Below the pieces are notes generated by a model, which did no database searches, had not been told where the DNA came from, and was given only the letters and a program-made list of their open reading frames with translations. DNA of 64,000 nucleotides from Azolla caroliniana. Taxonomy: Eukaryota > Plantae > Polypodiophyta. Of this stretch, positions 22,351 to 35,800 are shown one piece after another. The stretch is taken from the NCBI GenBank assembly GCA_043228905.1, contig JBHGNT010000002.1, positions 9,238,001 to 9,302,000 of the forward strand, in the 5' to 3' direction. The first letter of the stretch is position 1. Each line of letters opens with the position of its first letter. The translations under genes were made by a program, and so were the position numbers.

Positions 22351-24233
22351 CTATAACAACACCATAATAAAGACAAGTAGGGGACATAAACCGACTAGGA
22401 CTTGTACATGTCTCACTTTCACTTTGGTGGTCGACGAGGACCCATATGCGATTTGAACCATGAATGGACAGCTCGTGTTAATTGAAGGGTCGACAGTTAC
22501 AATGCGGCCTAACCCATCAAAAGAACACGAACCCATTTCTTGATTTTGCCTTTGGAAGTATGCATTGAATGCATAGGAAGCATTGCCAACATCATCGAGG
22601 TATGGGTAACACGAGCACCCGAATCCAAGTGGGGTACAATCTGCATTCATGCATGCATACGAAATGCTGTCTGGGAGTGTCGAAGTGTCCACGACGTCGG
22701 TGTTGAGGACACACCATTTTTTGTCTAGGTATCGTACCCCGGGTACCAAGACCAATGCTCTTCTTTTACTCTTCCAAGAAACCGAGAGAGAGAGTGTGTA
22801 TTTCGGCACCCCATCATATCTTAACATACCCCAGTGTCGTTCGAAGCCCCCCGTGGATATGCTCCGAATGTCTTCGTCGATCAAGCTAGAAAGGTAGAAG
22901 TCAATGGGAGTGTTTGGGTGTCGTGGGGTCCCGACGTTGCTCAACACGTGATCGAGAAAACCTTGATTAAACCTCAATGCATTGTCGGGGGTAGCATTGG
23001 CATCACCATCGGTAGGCCAACCAATGCCCCCCACAAGGATGCTCATGTTCGAGTACCCGACCTTAGTTAGGGCCATGATGAGCGCATCATAGGTAGCGTC
23101 AAACATGTTAAAATAAGTGTATTGGCCATCGGTGATGGGCGAAGCGTGGGAATCGAAGAAAGCATAGTCCAAAGGGTGGCTCTTGTTGTCCCCAAGGGCC
23201 AAGAAGGGATAGATGTTGAGTGTGAAGGGGCATTGGTTCTCGGCGAGGAACCCCACGATTTCGAGCATATTGTGGGTGATGTCTTCTCGGAAGACGGAAT
23301 TGGAAGGGGTTCCCGATGCCGACAGGGCATCGGCATTTAGCGGGACCGTGACCTTCACTTGCTCCTCCATGTTTGCATTCATGAGAGCTCTGTGGATGTT
23401 TCTAAGGGCAAGGAAGGTTGAAGCTGAATATGTGTCATTATAAGCTTTGAGGTAGGGCTCATTCCCAACCCCAACATATCTAAAACCACAACAAAAAGCC
23501 TCGTAAGCATCCATACACATGAATCTTTGAGTAGAAACCTTAACCATCCATACACATGAATCTCTTAGTATAAACCTTAAACCTCCATACACATGAATCT
23601 CTTAACTTATAAACCTTAACCATCCATACACATGAATTTCTTAGTATAAACCTTTAACCATCCATACACATGAATCTCTTAACTTATAAACCTTAACCAT
23701 CCATACACATGAATCCCTTAACTTATAAACCTTAACCATCCATACACATGAATCCCTTAACTTATAAACCTTAACCATCCATGCACATGAATCTCTTAGT
23801 ATAAACCTTGAGAGAGAGGGAGAGAAAGAGAGAAATGAATGAATGAATGAATCCATAGTAACTGCTTTTACCTTATCTTAGTTCCCAACAGGATGTATCT
23901 TGCAACTGTGTTCTCCACCCATCTAGTGGCTTCGTCCATATCAAGCATTGTAATGAGCAAGTTATTCGGAACCCCGACCATGACCTCGATCCCGGTGTTG
24001 GAAAGTGCCCTTAATGCCCCATTGTTTGACCCTAAAAGCCTCACCCTCTTTATGTCGTTTTCTCTCATCATCTCCACTATAGCTTCATAAGGTAAAAGAT
24101 GTGAGGATTGGGTCCCCCAAATCACACCAACAGTCGACCCATTAACTCTGTTTTGAGTGAAGAACATCACGCTAGTGAAGAAGAAAAAGAAGAACAAACA
24201 GAAGGGAGAGGAGCTTGATCGATAACAATCCAT
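22351..24233 (-). CDS. GH17 glucan endo-1,3-beta-glucosidase-like protein with X8/CBM43 domain and GPI signal; complement(join(22351..23479,23872..24233)), 496 aa
   Basis: Signal peptide, GVIWG, GIEVMVGVPN, VGNEP, NIYPF, GWPTDG and ERHWG motifs, X8 cysteines (WCV..YAC...DC..C..NASYAFN.YFQ..C.F.G) and a hydrophobic C-terminus. The GT..AG intron 23480-23871 keeps the frame. Confidence 0.93.
23508..23810. repeat. Intronic minisatellite: 8 copies of a 37/39-bp unit (CATCCATACACATGAATCTCTTA[GT|ACTT]ATAAACCTTAAC)
   Basis: Direct reading; it accounts for the LRDSCVWMVKVYK pseudo-ORF. Confidence 0.92.
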
Positions 24234-24329
24234 GTGAAAAAGAAAGAGATTGGGTTGCTTCTAGCTGAATAAAAAAAGCTTCTTTCAATGAGAGATTCAA
24301 GAAATTTAGGGTTCAAATTTGAGCTCTTT

Positions 24330-24391
24330 CTTCCTTCTTCCTTCTTCCTTCTTCCTTCTTCCTTCTTCTTCTTCTTCTTCTTCTTCTTCTT
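24330..24391. repeat. (CTT)n/(CTTCCTT)n tract in the GH17 5' region
   Basis: Direct reading of the sequence. Confidence 0.9.
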
Positions 24392-24640
24392 GATGCAATG
24401 GTATTACATACATATGTAATAATAGTACTACCAGTGTCAGTCTTGAAGTGTACAGGACTGATCAGAGCTCTGTCCTAAAAAGACAACTGTATAAATATAT
24501 ATCTATACTTCTGTGAAACTACATTTATAGCCCTGATTTCTAGTGTACTTATTTATGAAAAACCACACTGACCTCATCGAACTTCGGATATTTGCTATGT
24601 ACATATGATATATATGTACATACATGCCACCTATGATGTA

Positions 24641-24762
24641 ATGTATGTATGTATGTATGTATGTATGTATGTATGTATGTATGTATGTATGTATGTATGT
24701 ATGTATGTATGTATGTATGCATGCATGCATGTATGTATGTATGTATGTATGTATGTATGTAT
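24641..24762. repeat. (ATGT)n microsatellite
   Basis: Direct reading; it is the source of the MYVC/HTYI pseudo-ORFs. Confidence 0.95.
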
Positions 24763-25575
24763 GCATGTGTGTACATGTATATGCATAATTATGTGGTTTA
24801 CTATATCTCCAAGCCCAATAGAATACGATCTCCATCCCCTCCGGCAATCACGCAACATGCTTAACTTGGGTTCTCTCCATTTCACAATTTTTTGCATGCT
24901 ACAATTTTAAGTTAATCTACGTGGGAGGAAGGAGGGCCACGTGCTATATGTCGTAGCTTCACACATGGCATTTGCCAAGAGAAGGTCGAGAGACGATTTT
25001 GGAGTTATATGGAGCAAGTTCGTTGCTTGGTTATTATTGTGCAACTCTTAACCATGAGCATATGTCTAGTAAAATGTTTCCACTAAAATATAAAATAAAT
25101 TTTAAAGTTTTGCCAAATCTATATTAAATACATAGTACCACATTGGAGATTGATTCCGGGAGATATGTGCCTCAATCGACTCATGCTTCACGGAGACAAA
25201 GTGTCACATGTTCAACCCCTACAAGGAGAGACCTAGATAAACTGAAATAGGTCATGGAAGACTACAATCAGTCACTAGAGAGAGAGATTGATTGATTGAT
25301 TGATTTTGGAATTTAGATGTACCTCACTAGGATTGGAGACCAAAATATCATGTTTTTGAGCATATAAAATGTCATAGCATTTTGAAATCTCAAACCCATG
25401 ACCTAATGTGTAGATCAATCGTGCATGCGTTCAACATTTAGAGATCATGCTTACTAGGATCAATGTTATTGCAAACAAATTTATATTTTCAATAATGGAG
25501 AGAAAGATAGATAATAGGCTTGATTATAATTCTTGATCTTCAAACATGATCTATGAGATCAAAGTGATGTCATTT

Positions 25576-28500
25576 TCATGTAGTGATTGGTTTTCTATTC
25601 TCGATGTTTGAGATTCGTACTAATGAATGTTTTGGAGAGTGCATGTTACAAGTTACAACTACAACATAAATGTGTGTCCAGATAGGCCAAAGTTGGAATT
25701 TTGGGAAAGTAAACTCAAATTTGGTCGAAGGTGAAGCATCAATATAGAGTGTGGTTATCGAACTAATGGGTCTCCTCATTGATGATCCAACAAGTGTCTT
25801 GTCTCTCATACGAAAGTGTGAGTTGTCCTATGAAGTGATTATGGATAAGGGAATAAGCTAAAATTCATACTTGTGGGATAGTTTGGTGCATTTAAATATA
25901 AGCTATGATAACTTCTTTATCAAATCTTGACTCCACCAACATATGTTTACTTCATGATAAGTCAAGTAAAGTGGATATGCGAGTTATGTGGATGGGAGGT
26001 GAGCCAAGTAGTTGGTTTTCCTAAAGTGTTCAATGTCAATAAAAGTAAGGAGGTCAAGCATGACATGGGTATTATACAACGTCATCCTCTGATTTAGGGC
26101 TTTGACTAAAGCTTTAGATATAAGGAAACTTGTGAGAATCATGAAGGAAAATGGCATAAGCTCCCATGAATTGTAGTTCACTTAGAGTACTCTTCATTCT
26201 GCATATACCAAAACTAATGTATTTAGACTACAATAACTTAGGTTTTAAGATTTTTTTCACTTTATAGAAGTTATCCATGAGCATGCCAAACTATTTAGGG
26301 TAAAGATTGTACCTAATCATACTACCGTAGAATGGATAACAATTATGTGTGAAAATGGCATATAGGGTTATAATCGGCGTGTTCTCTTTTCTTGGTGTCT
26401 CTATCCTACATATAATTGTTAGAGGCACTTATAGCTCCACCTTGCCACATGATTATTGAAAACTTTATTTGTGTTTTACATGTTATAGTCACATCTAAAT
26501 CCTTTCAAGAGTTTTCAATGATTTCAATAAAAATAAATTGTTTCATGAAAATAAACGTAAATCAATCTCCAACTTTGAATGATAAGAAAAGGTATAAAAT
26601 GAGTTTTATTTTTGTAGAACAATTGATATTGACGAATATCTTCTATGGTTATCGATGATCATGTTTTCTACTTGTGTGTTTATCTACACAAACTATGTTT
26701 ATTCCACTATTAGCAACCTATACAAACACACTAAAAATAGACCCAACATGTTATGTTATATCGAGTTTCCCAAAAATCCATGTAGATCTGGATTTTAATA
26801 GCATTTTTCTTTGGAACAACTACTATGGGTGTTACCCATTTAGTATGTTCGATTGGGTTCATCATGCTCACTTCTCACATCTTATCTAGTTTCATCTCGC
26901 ACTTGTTGTACATTGTGTTACTGGCATGACCGTAGTATTCTACACACGAGGATAAAGTGTGAGGGTTAATCGAGAGTGTAAAGAAGGGCAGATTACTTTT
27001 AATCCTAGGAATTGAGACAACCCATAATGGCTAAGTGGGAACTTGCCTGGGGGCCTTAGGTCTCGCTATAAATATGAGGCCTAGCTACCCTCATTAGACA
27101 CATAATTTTTTACCACGTCGAGACTGTGATCATGTAGTGAACAAACTCTTGTAGCAAGCGCGTCAATACTAGGCACGACTCGATGCCATGGCGGTCGGGC
27201 GGTCGGGTGGATCGACACCTTCTTTCTCTCTCTTTCTCTCTCTATTTATCTTATATTTCCTTATTTCATGCTTACATTAGGATTAAGCTCTAACACATAG
27301 CAAGGATTCATAGGTCTAGGTTTTTTGTAACTAGCCTAACATTCTTGATTATTTGGATAGTGCGAATCATGGCTTCAAGAGGCACCCCTTTCATGTCAAC
27401 ATAACTCCAAGCAAACATGTCCTTAAACTCTTGTAGTAGTTTGATTAATATTGACTCTTCTTCTAAGCTTACAACAAATTCTATATAAATCGACTTTGGA
27501 TTTTGGTATTTCTTTTACTTCGGATTTTCATGTTGTTCTACAGTAGGCCACTTGGCGTGTACCAAACTGGTAAAGTTTAAATCATTTAGGAAAACTCAAC
27601 ACCTTGTCTTGATTCTTTACTTTGTCTTGGTTAAGATTTAGTTGTTAACAAACTTCACTTTCTTCATTTTTGAAGTTCGTACTCTCCATATATTGTGAGT
27701 TGATGTTGGTGGAATATACTTAGATCCTATCTCCACTTTGACATACTCATGTTTGCTTGTTCTTCTTGACCTAGTTCCTGAGCAGAACCTTCCTCAGCTT
27801 GGGAACTCACGTCTACCATAAAACAATTTATTATTACATTTCTATCATCCACATATTCCATTCCTATTGGGTACATATTGTCAATTGTAGCTAGTGTATA
27901 CACCTAATTCATGATAGAGGACCCATTTTTAGGCCTTCCCTTCATGTTTGTGGTGTGACCATGCATTCTAGCATTTGTGCGAGGTCTCATTAAGGTCTAG
28001 AGTACAAGCCAAAAAAGCTAGTTTCAAACTCGGTAGACATGGGTTGGTCATCCATGAAGGATTGCGTAGCATGGAAAGTTCTTGTTGATGTATCTTTTGT
28101 GTATATATCTAACATGGCAAGTTATTGTGTATATATCTAACATGTAGATAGATAATGTATTTTTGAAGTCCATTACTAATTGACTAATTTATAAGATGAT
28201 CATCATAATAAGAATTCATAACTAACATTGTTGGATGTCTTGTCACTATGAAGATGAGCTAGTATTCAGTTGTGTAGACCTCAAATTTTTAGTTAGTTAC
28301 TACGCCCTGAAGTGATTGTGTGGTTCAATTAGCCATCCTGAGTTTACTTTTGGATGGGGACATTTTATTGCTCTCCGACTTACGCCAACATTCATAACTA
28401 ATTACGTTAACCCTTGCGCTTATGTCTAAATTGGTAGGCATAATGATTTTGTTGATTGTGATTGGTAACGTAAAGCTAATATCATCCGCTTCAAATGGTA

Positions 28501-29620
28501 CTACGTTGAAAAGATCCACATGACACATGGATGACTCACTCTTCTTTGCATCAAAAGAGGTTGTCATGATTGGTTGTCCATAGCATGCACATAATTGACC
28601 TTTCACATGTCATAGTATGTACATGTGGCAAGGTTTAGGATCTAACATACATGCTTCTTCTAGAGAGAGTTCAATGGTTCTAAATAGAATGTGATGTAAA
28701 CCTTGTTGTTCTATATACAAACAATGTGCTAACCTACATACTTCTCTTAGCAGTAGAGTTACTCTTAAGTTCATTAGTTGTTGTTGGGAGCTATGTTCTC
28801 TTCCATATTATCATCATTATTTGCCTTAGTAATATAGGTTCTAGAGTGGGTCTCGTAGGTGATTGGGTTGGGGGTGTCCATAGTTGCCATTTCATTTATG
28901 TCCAAACATTCCTAATCTCAGAATTTATCAGTATGCCTAAACTACTTTTATGATATTTTAGAAGCACATCATGTTCTTAGGCTACTAGTTCGGCAAATTG
29001 TGTTATGTTTCATATCTCTTCTTTAGGGTTTGGATAAGTTGCTAGGCATTGTTTTCATCTTGTTTCACTTTCTTCATCCTTCCCATCATCTCTCTCACAA
29101 AGGCCTTGAGATATTGGTTCTAACTTGCTAAGCTGGTTCTATGCAAACTTTTTTGTTTTGTCTAGCTTTTCGTTATAATTTGTGTACCTTGTTCGCATTG
29201 TTGAGGTTCTAAGCTATTCCTTGACCTCTACTAGGGCTTAGGGTATGTAGTTACTTGACAATATAACATAGCATTACAACACTTTGCTTTCTAGATCGTG
29301 ATTGACGTCATCAACTTCTCTAAGGTAATAAAACATTTCACTCCCCCTGGTTTGATGTTCTTCCTTAGGATGGTAATCTATTTCAGCCATTCTAGTGCCT
29401 ACTCTCGAGATTGGTGGTTGTGGAGACTAAGATTGCTAATGGTGGCATTTTGAAAATTTGCAAAGGTTTTTTGAGACAATTTTCACTAGGAGGTTGTCTA
29501 AAGTGTCCATTTTGTGCTTTCCAATTATCTTCTTGATGATGGTCCATGAAAACTCTACATTGTTTACAACATTGTGAATGTCCTTGGTGTAGATGTGGCA
29601 TTAATGTCCTTTGTTATAAC
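25576..29620 (-). mobile_element. Highly degenerate Ty3/gypsy internal remnant
   Basis: Decayed RT-like peptides on the - strand (YNSWELMPF resembles YEWLVMPFG; SSITTLY..KFEF resembles the RT-RH tether) and a knuckle-like remnant near 29600. Boundaries are uncertain. Confidence 0.45.
26916..27295 (+). mobile_element. Solo LTR (380 bp)
   Basis: TGTTA..TAACA termini, near-perfect 5-bp TSD CATTG/CATAG, TATAAAT near 27067 and a CT-rich U5. Confidence 0.75.
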
Positions 29621-32600
29621 CATGGGATGTTATAACCTTCTTAGAGATTGTTCTATTGTTGCAAGTTCTAATGCTCTTTCAAACATCATTTCCCTCTTGG
29701 GAATCTTATACATCAAGGAGAGTATTTTCAAGCTTGGTTCGTTCTTGTAGATAAACATGCCAATAGTTGACATCGTGGTCTACTAAATGTATATTTAATA
29801 ATAAGTTTATTGCCCTTTTTCCAACATTGCCACTTACCAGGGTAATTCCCTACTTTCATGGATAGGGTTTTTGATGACTAGCGTTGCTAGTTCTAATGTT
29901 GAGGTCTAAGGCTTTATTAAGGTGTGGTTCATGTTGTGATTCATGATATAGTCACCCCCAAACCCATATGTATGTCTCTTCATTTCATTTCTAACCACTA
30001 CGATTTCTCCCTTGTCACGAAACACAATCACACTTTTTATCTCTGAGGTGTTCAACCAATTGTCCTTTCCATAGCCCATTTAAACCTTATTTTCTTACAT
30101 GTCAATATCATTTTCTTTGTTTATTAGTGTTATTACTATTAATTAAAAAACTTCAAATCGTATGTAGCCACCCTTATCATCTCTAAGATTTCTAATAGTC
30201 TCTTCAACTCTCATCATCTCCAAGCTGGCTCTTAATTGTGAATAGGATTTTCAATCGTCCCTAGGAGTCTTGCTTGTCTTTGGTACTTTTGTTTATTTCT
30301 AGAAAGTTGGAATCATCCCAAGCACATCTTTGTCATCTCTAGGTGTTTGGAATGTCTCTACTTATCTCCTCTCTCCAAACCATAGTACGTAACATACTCG
30401 AATTCATTCGCAAACATTCTTTTTCATACGTTTGCAAACGAATGTGTGTTATGAAAACATACTATATGTTTTTTTTAACGTTTTTTACCTTAACACTCTA
30501 ACCCTAAAAAAAGTTTTACCTTATAATAAATAATGAATGCACATATGATATGTATGGTTCATAGTATGGTGACAACTATCTAAATTGTTAAAGGATTTTT
30601 TTTTAAAGATGATGCAAAATTTGGAAATAAACAAAAAACAACTCAAAGCAAATAAATAAACAATAAAAAAGGGATTAAAAATAAAAACAAATTTATGTCT
30701 CCTCTTGCCTCAAGAGCTTACAAAAAGCTCAACCAACTGCTTATGGATGTTTATTGCGTCCCTGACAATGGCGCTAAAATGTTGCATGTTTTCACGATTA
30801 ACGGTTTCTTTTTGTGTTTGATTATATTGTCTGGATCAAGCAAATGTGTACTTTTGTTCTTGGTGAAGAAAACAAAGGATGTGTAACAATCCACAATCTT
30901 ACTAAAGAATCACAGAACATTTGTTAGGGAACTTCATAAATAACTTTTAGTCATAACCCTAACACAAACACTTAATATGACAACAAGCTAATAGACTTTA
31001 CTAAAATGTTAATATTGCCCAAAAAGAAAAACATTAACAATCACAAATACAAATGTTCCCAACCATGTTTTTGTATTGCTCAACCTATACAAGTGCATTT
31101 CCCTCTAGCTTCATGAGATCTTAATACAATGATTAACAAAGCCAAGAGAGATTAACGCTTTTAGAGATTAAGGAGCTTTAGCTTGAGGGACAGAGAGATC
31201 TTTCAAATTACTAGATAAGAAGAAGTACAAAAGTTTATATCTCTACTTTTATACTTCTCTTTTACATATTGTGGCGATTTATATTTTTAGTCTCCCTCTT
31301 TTTTACTAGGCCTAGACCTCATTTTGAATATCAAGTTCACTTGCCTTTGGTTCTCAACAATAGCCATTGGCCTACTTGTACCTCCCAATGTAACCAAGAC
31401 ACTACATGATTCAATGGGACTATCACACACTACAATATTTCCTTCAAACAACTAACAATCCAAGGTATACACCTAATTCCCTTCACATTTCAATGCCTCC
31501 AACAAGTTGTCGCCCAAGAACCATCTAGTGTCCCATATGGCAAGAAAGCTTGTTTACTCAATTCCCATGGGTCAATATTAGCCTCTCTAGGGATGCTAAA
31601 AAATATCTATTTTTCTACCCTTACTCCTTGGCACTTCCGTAGACCTCGTCACCCACACCTGCAACTATAAGATTAATGATGTGATTTTCCAATGAGATCA
31701 TGCATGCATTTGTATCCTTAACTCCTATGAAGTATCTCCAACGAAAGCAATACATGCAAAAGCTAAATTCATACAAATGGGGAAGCTTGTTATAATGCAT
31801 AGAAACCATGAAGCTTCTTATAATTGTCTGAGGAATCTTTAGAGGTTTGCAAAATACAACCCAAGTTCCATCCAATTCAAAAGAATTGAAAGCAAGTGTA
31901 GACATGTTTTGCTATGGACAAGGAGGGAAATGGAAACATACATTTATGTGCAACAGCAATTATCCATTGAATCATTCCTTTGAAAAATTTGTACATAATA
32001 ATAATCTGGTCTATTAATTGATTGGAATGTCTGGCATCATGTAGTATCCAATCATTAAAGGATATGTGCATGGCATGCCATGCATAATTGAGATTTTCCC
32101 TTCATTTCTATTTACAGATATATTCCATTAAATAATTTATCTGATACTAGAACTTAAGAACAACGATACAATTGGCTCCATCCAAAAGATTGAGTTGCAT
32201 AAGACCTATGTTCAATAGATTAGCTTACCAATTGTGTAATTCTCTGTTGAATAATTTAAACCTGTAGAAAATCTAAATGAAAGCAATCCTAAGGGTGAAA
32301 TATAAAGAAATTGGCAAATAAGTATAGGTACGCCTTCAAACCAGTTCTTCATGCACCAGAAACCCACATGAGATGGAACTTTCATATGTTATATAGACTG
32401 TAAACTAGACTGTTGTACATAATGTAAAATCCAGTAAGCTTCATCAGAAGCTATTCATTTGCACAGGTTCATATCAATCAATCACAATCTCCTCTTTTCC
32501 TCGGGGATAGATGCCAAATAGGTGTTTTAGAGTGATAACACGTATGCTTACAAAAAACATATAATGAAGTAAAAGTACTTGTCTTGTTCATTCCAATCAC

Positions 32601-32819
32601 TCTCGTCCTTTGATCAGAGAGCCCAAATAGATCTTGTAGAGTAATGACATATATTTAACCCATAACCTACAAAGTTTTGATATAGGGCCACGGAGGAAGA
32701 AACTTGCATTTCCATCAGAAAAAGTGATCAGCCCCAATCATCAAATAACTGCATTCATTCATAACAGGTGAAAAAATCAAATAACTGCATTCCATTCATG
32801 AAATATGTATTATGAAAAA

Positions 32820-35800
32820 TTAATATGTGAAGAATTCTGATGGAATCACCGGAAATCTAGTGTGTAATACGTTTCTTGGCAGCTTTCCTATCTCCAGTTG
32901 TACGCCATATCGTATGTGTTGAACTGGTGGCGTTGGCATTGAGACGAGGAATGGGTGCACGCATTGTGACACCCCAACCCAATGAAGACATAGGCATATA
33001 ATGAACAACAGGAATTCCAACGGCAGGGAATCTGGGAAAAATTTCAACTCTCTCTCTCTCTCTCTCTCGTAAATAATGGCTTTCATTACGAAAGAAAAAA
33101 CACCACCATGACTAACTTACTACAAAGTATAGAACCCTTCTATCTATCTAGGGATCTAAAGACTACCACGACTCCAAACTCAATGCCACCCTACACACCA
33201 ATTCAAATGGCAAATATAATGATATGTGACCTTGCAGAGTTCTCTCTCTTCATGCTTGAGATTTCGTGACTTCTCTAGCACTGTCAATTGCCACATAAGA
33301 AGTATTTTTAACTTTAGAACATATTTTCTCACCCCAACTTGCAAATCAAAAGTGAAGGCATTCCGCATATTCCAATTGAACCATAGCCCCCAATACCTCA
33401 AGAACTCAAAAATAATTTGGAAATGAGGCATCAGTTCATTGTTCTCCATATGTGCAAAAACCCAACGGAAAGAAGATACTTACTCCAGTTAGAGACATCC
33501 AAACTAAACTGATACACCTCCAAACCATCCTTGCCATCGGGCATCGGTTCGTTGCTCTCTCTCTCTCTCTCTCTCTCACATACGGAGAGATTCCCTCCCT
33601 TCTAGTATGATGCAAACTAGCTCTTCATCTGTCTCTCACGTACTGAGAGAAATACAATGCTAAACAGCGTAATCTTATCAACCCTAAATAGTTTTCCAAT
33701 ATTCATGAATTTGCATATGAATGACTGTATAACTGTCACAAACCCTAGACCCCCTTTTACATATTTCTCTGGCTGCATATAAATAATCTTATTAATGTTT
33801 TAAACTCAATATGGAGAGATTCCCTCCTTTCTAGTATGATGCAAACTAGCCCTTCGTCTGTCTCTCACGTACTGAGAGAAATACAATGCTAAGCAGCGTA
33901 ATCTTATCAACCCTAAATAGTTTTCCAATATTCATGAATTTGCATATGAATGACTGTATAACTGTCACGAACCCTAGACCCCTTTTTACATATTTCTCTG
34001 GCTGCATATGAATAATCTTATCAATGTTTTAAACTCTAAATCCTTCTCGATTATTCATGCACTTCCATGTGAATGATATTATCAATGATATTCATGTATT
34101 TTCATATGAACAACATAAGATCTTGAAAAGGACTGAAAAGGTTTTACATCCTAAATTGTTTACGCATTCATAACTTTCAATCTGAATTAACATATCTATG
34201 TTTAAAATTCTAAATTCTTTCACATATTCATGCATTTATATATGAATGATCTTATCAATGTTTTAAACCCTAACCCTTCTTATGTATCCATGTCTTTCCA
34301 TATGAATCATCATATTGGAATTTCAAACCATAAACCCTTTACTCATATTCATGACATTTCTATATAAATCACGTAAAGATCATACCCTGGAAAAGCACTG
34401 CAGGCTCTACTGTTGCACCATTATGATTGCCTTTCATCTTCTTCAACCGAGAAAGCTCTTCCTTCAGAACAGTATTTTCAGCATAAGTCAAGCATGCTTG
34501 CCTCTGTATATCATTGCATTCCCATTCGAGCTTCCTACACTTTGCCTCAAGATCACTAATGTAAGATTTTCTCCGCTGTCGAGACTCAAATGCTAATTGT
34601 CGGTTCCTTGACAACCAAACAAAAGGATTCATTTATTTTTCCCCATGATTACTTCAGTCTAAGTAATGAATTTATTCACCTTAACATGAATACTTGCTTC
34701 CATAAATATTTCAACCTATTTTATTGTTTTCCATGAAAACTTCATCCTAACAAAAGGAGCTTTTTTTATCTTCCATAAGTACTTCAACCTAACAAAAACA
34801 TTTAATTGTTTTCCAGGAACACTTCAGCCTAAAAAATAGAATTTCAGTTTACTTCCCATGAATACTTCAACCTAACAAAAAAGATTTATTTATTTTCCAT
34901 GGAATCTTCAACCCAACAAAAAACAATGATTTCATCAAGAACATGATTTCATGTGCATAGCAAGCTTTCACAATTTATCTGATTATATCATTTGGTGGAA
35001 GGTCACGAAAATATTTGACATAATACAGCTTGGTGGATCATTTGGCACTCCCATATTACATGTTACATGCATAATTTGACTATTATATGCATCAATCTTT
35101 GGATTCAAAATAGAAAAAGGTTGATACATGATTGATTATATATCAAAAGAAGCTCCTTCATTGAGTACATACGCATTCCAAAACAACACCAACAATGAAC
35201 CATTTTCCTGAATTTTTCATGGCCTCCATAGCTTTCAACATTACATATATTTGCATTCATTAAGAATCAATATATACACTCAAGTTTATGAAGACTGAGA
35301 TCAAATTTGCTCATTGTGCACATGCATTTAAAAACATAACCAAACATTTGAACAACAAAATGCTATCATTTCCATAAATAAAGGCAAAACATTAAATCAA
35401 ATGCCATAATTTCAAATAATAAGAATAACATTATTTACATAATAATAACAATGGTTTCCAACATTATATATAAAAGTATAACTGCATATTTCTTCATTAT
35501 GTAGACATGGATTGTAAAAACAACGCAAAACATTTGAACCAAATACCAACAGGCAACTATCTAATAATCACTTAAAAAATTATATGCTCACCTGCATTTC
35601 CTTTTATGCTCCGGATTGAGATCACACTTGTCATCAGAACATGTAAATGCTCTCTTCATTCTGATCACAGATGGGTCATAGCTATCAACGTCAGGACAAC
35701 CCGATTGATCTGTACTAAAGTTGTCAAAACACATATAGTTTCCATGATTTCTTGGAAGTTGGTTTTCTGTATTTTGGTCCCGTTTTGGGGTTTCTAATGC

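Noticed and set aside
23508-23810. Regular 37-39 bp repeats resembling a CRISPR array
   Set aside because: The units are head-to-tail with no unique spacers, lie inside a spliceosomal intron of a eukaryotic gene, and have no cas genes nearby.
24503-24910. ORFs with MYVC/HTYI repeats (also 15342-15631)
   Set aside because: They are translations of (ATGT)n microsatellites.
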